Assembly (NCBI GenBank): GCA_943704425.1
Contig: CALSCP010001997.1
Span: 1-41,447 of the forward strand
DNA from: Ministeria vibrans ATCC 50519
Taxonomy: Eukaryota; Protista; Filasterea
Length of the DNA: 41,447 nucleotides
Reading direction: 5' to 3'
Shown here: positions 40,383 to 41,447 of the stretch, piece after piece
How the letters are laid out: every line of letters begins with the position of its first letter
Position numbering within the stretch: the first letter of the stretch is position 1
Program-made: the position numbers and the translations under genes
Notes under the pieces: generated by a model
The model's input: the letters and a program-made list of their open reading frames with translations, nothing else
What the model was told of the DNA's origin: nothing
Database searches by the model: none

Positions 40383-41447
40383 TTAAAGAATAATACAGGT
40401 TGATGTGTCTGTTGAAGGCGAGGACTGGAGTGACGAAAGTGCACGTGTGATAGCTTTGTTCCGTGGGTGTGAAGCGGGGAGTTTTGATTCGTATGTGCGC
40501 TTTGCTCGCTCAAAGAGCATACGAGCCTTAGGGATGTCGCCTTGTGATTGGTGAAAGTACCCGATGTTTTCACATGTTTCGGCTGTGGATGGGTGGTCGG
40601 GACCAACAGACTTCTCATAAATGGTCAGAGCACGCTCATAGTACTCAAGAGCACGACTGTAGTCTCCTTGTGCCTGGAACACACCAGCCATGTTGTTCAA
40701 TGTGTTGCCTGTGGATGGGTGGTCGGGACCAACAGACTTCTCATAAATGGTCAGAGCACGCTCATAGTACTCAAGAGCACGACTGTAGTCTCCTTGTGCC
40801 TTGAACACACCAGCCATGTTGTTCAATGTGTCGCCTGTGGATGGGTGGTCGGGACCAACAGACTTCTCACGGATGGTCAGAGCACGCTCATAGTACTCAA
40901 GAGCACGACTGTAGTCTCCTTGTGCCTCAAACACAACAGCCATGTTGTTCAATGTCTGGCCTGTGGATGGGTGGTCGGGACCAACAGACTTCTCTTTAAT
41001 GGTCAGAGCACGCTCATAGTACTCAAGAGCACGACTGTAGTCTCCTTGTGCCTTGAACACAACAGCCATGTTGTTCAATGTGTTGCCTGTGGATGGGTGG
41101 TCGGGACCAACAGACTTCTCATAAATGGTCAGAGCACGCTCATAGTACTCAAGAGCACGACTGTAGTCTCCTTGTGCCTTGAACACACCAGCCATGTTGT
41201 TCAATGTGTTGCCTGTGGATGGGTGGTCGGGACCAACAGACTTCTCACGGATGGTCAGAGCACGCTCATAGTACTCAAGAGCACGACTGTAGTCTCCTTG
41301 TGCCTTGAACACAATGGCCATGTTGTTCAATGTGTCGCCTGTGGATGGGTGGTCGGGACCAAAAGGCTTCTCATAAATGGTCAGAGCACGCTCATAGTAC
41401 TCAAGAGCACGACTGTAGTCTCCTTGTGCCTGGAACACACCAGCCAT
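40383..41447 (-). CDS. Tandem 42-aa TPR protein (kinesin-light-chain/nephrocystin-3-type repeats), 3' part; continues beyond the window
   Basis: Seven near-identical MAxVFxAQGDYSRALEYYERALTIxEKSVGPDHPSTGxTLNN units plus a divergent capping repeat; no intron in the visible part. Confidence 0.93.
   Translation of the reverse strand: MAGVFQAQGDYSRALEYYERALTIYEKPFGPDHPSTGDTLNNMAIVFKAQGDYSRALEYYERALTIREKSVGPDHPSTGNTLNNMAGVFKAQGDYSRALEYYERALTIYEKSVGPDHPSTGNTLNNMAVVFKAQGDYSRALEYYERALTIKEKSVGPDHPSTGQTLNNMAVVFEAQGDYSRALEYYERALTIREKSVGPDHPSTGDTLNNMAGVFKAQGDYSRALEYYERALTIYEKSVGPDHPSTGNTLNNMAGVFQAQGDYSRALEYYERALTIYEKSVGPDHPSTAETCENIGYFHQSQGDIPKARMLFERAKRTYESKLPASHPRNKAITRALSSLQSSPSTDTSTCIIL
40584..41447. 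repeat. 126-bp coding tandem repeat, about 7 copies visible
   Basis: Exact 126-nt periodicity with differences confined to a few codons. Confidence 0.97.

Overview
Gene-dense, intron-rich eukaryotic DNA with GT-AG introns, microsatellite-rich introns and two N gaps. It is most likely from a unicellular holozoan (inferred from the animal-like KIF2, KIF13, FAM13 and Rabaptin genes plus a 42-aa TPR array). Manual splicing gives, in order: last exon of UDP-glucose pyrophosphorylase (+), SERINC (-), kinesin-13 (+), FAM13-like RhoGAP (+), an orphan U1-C-like Pro/Gly-rich 3' gene half (-), an uncharacterised two-TM protein (-), KIF13-like kinesin-3 (-), Rabaptin-5/FYVE (+), FZR1/Cdh1 (-), anoctamin (+), glutamine-dependent NAD synthetase (-), a sterol-desaturase-family enzyme (-), a GH2 exo-beta-glucosaminidase (-) and the 3' part of a tandem TPR gene (-). 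Most notable: (1) the TPR array is near-identical at DNA level except at four reassorted codons, three at ligand-groove positions, and the only silent changes sit on the base just before a variable codon; (2) one exon appears coding in two frames, linking the two-TM gene to the headless U1-C-like tail; (3) a densely base-paired, possibly pseudoknotted RNA lies in a kinesin-13 intron; (4) an intronic minisatellite family is dispersed across four genes. Family calls come from motif recognition only; no searches were run.
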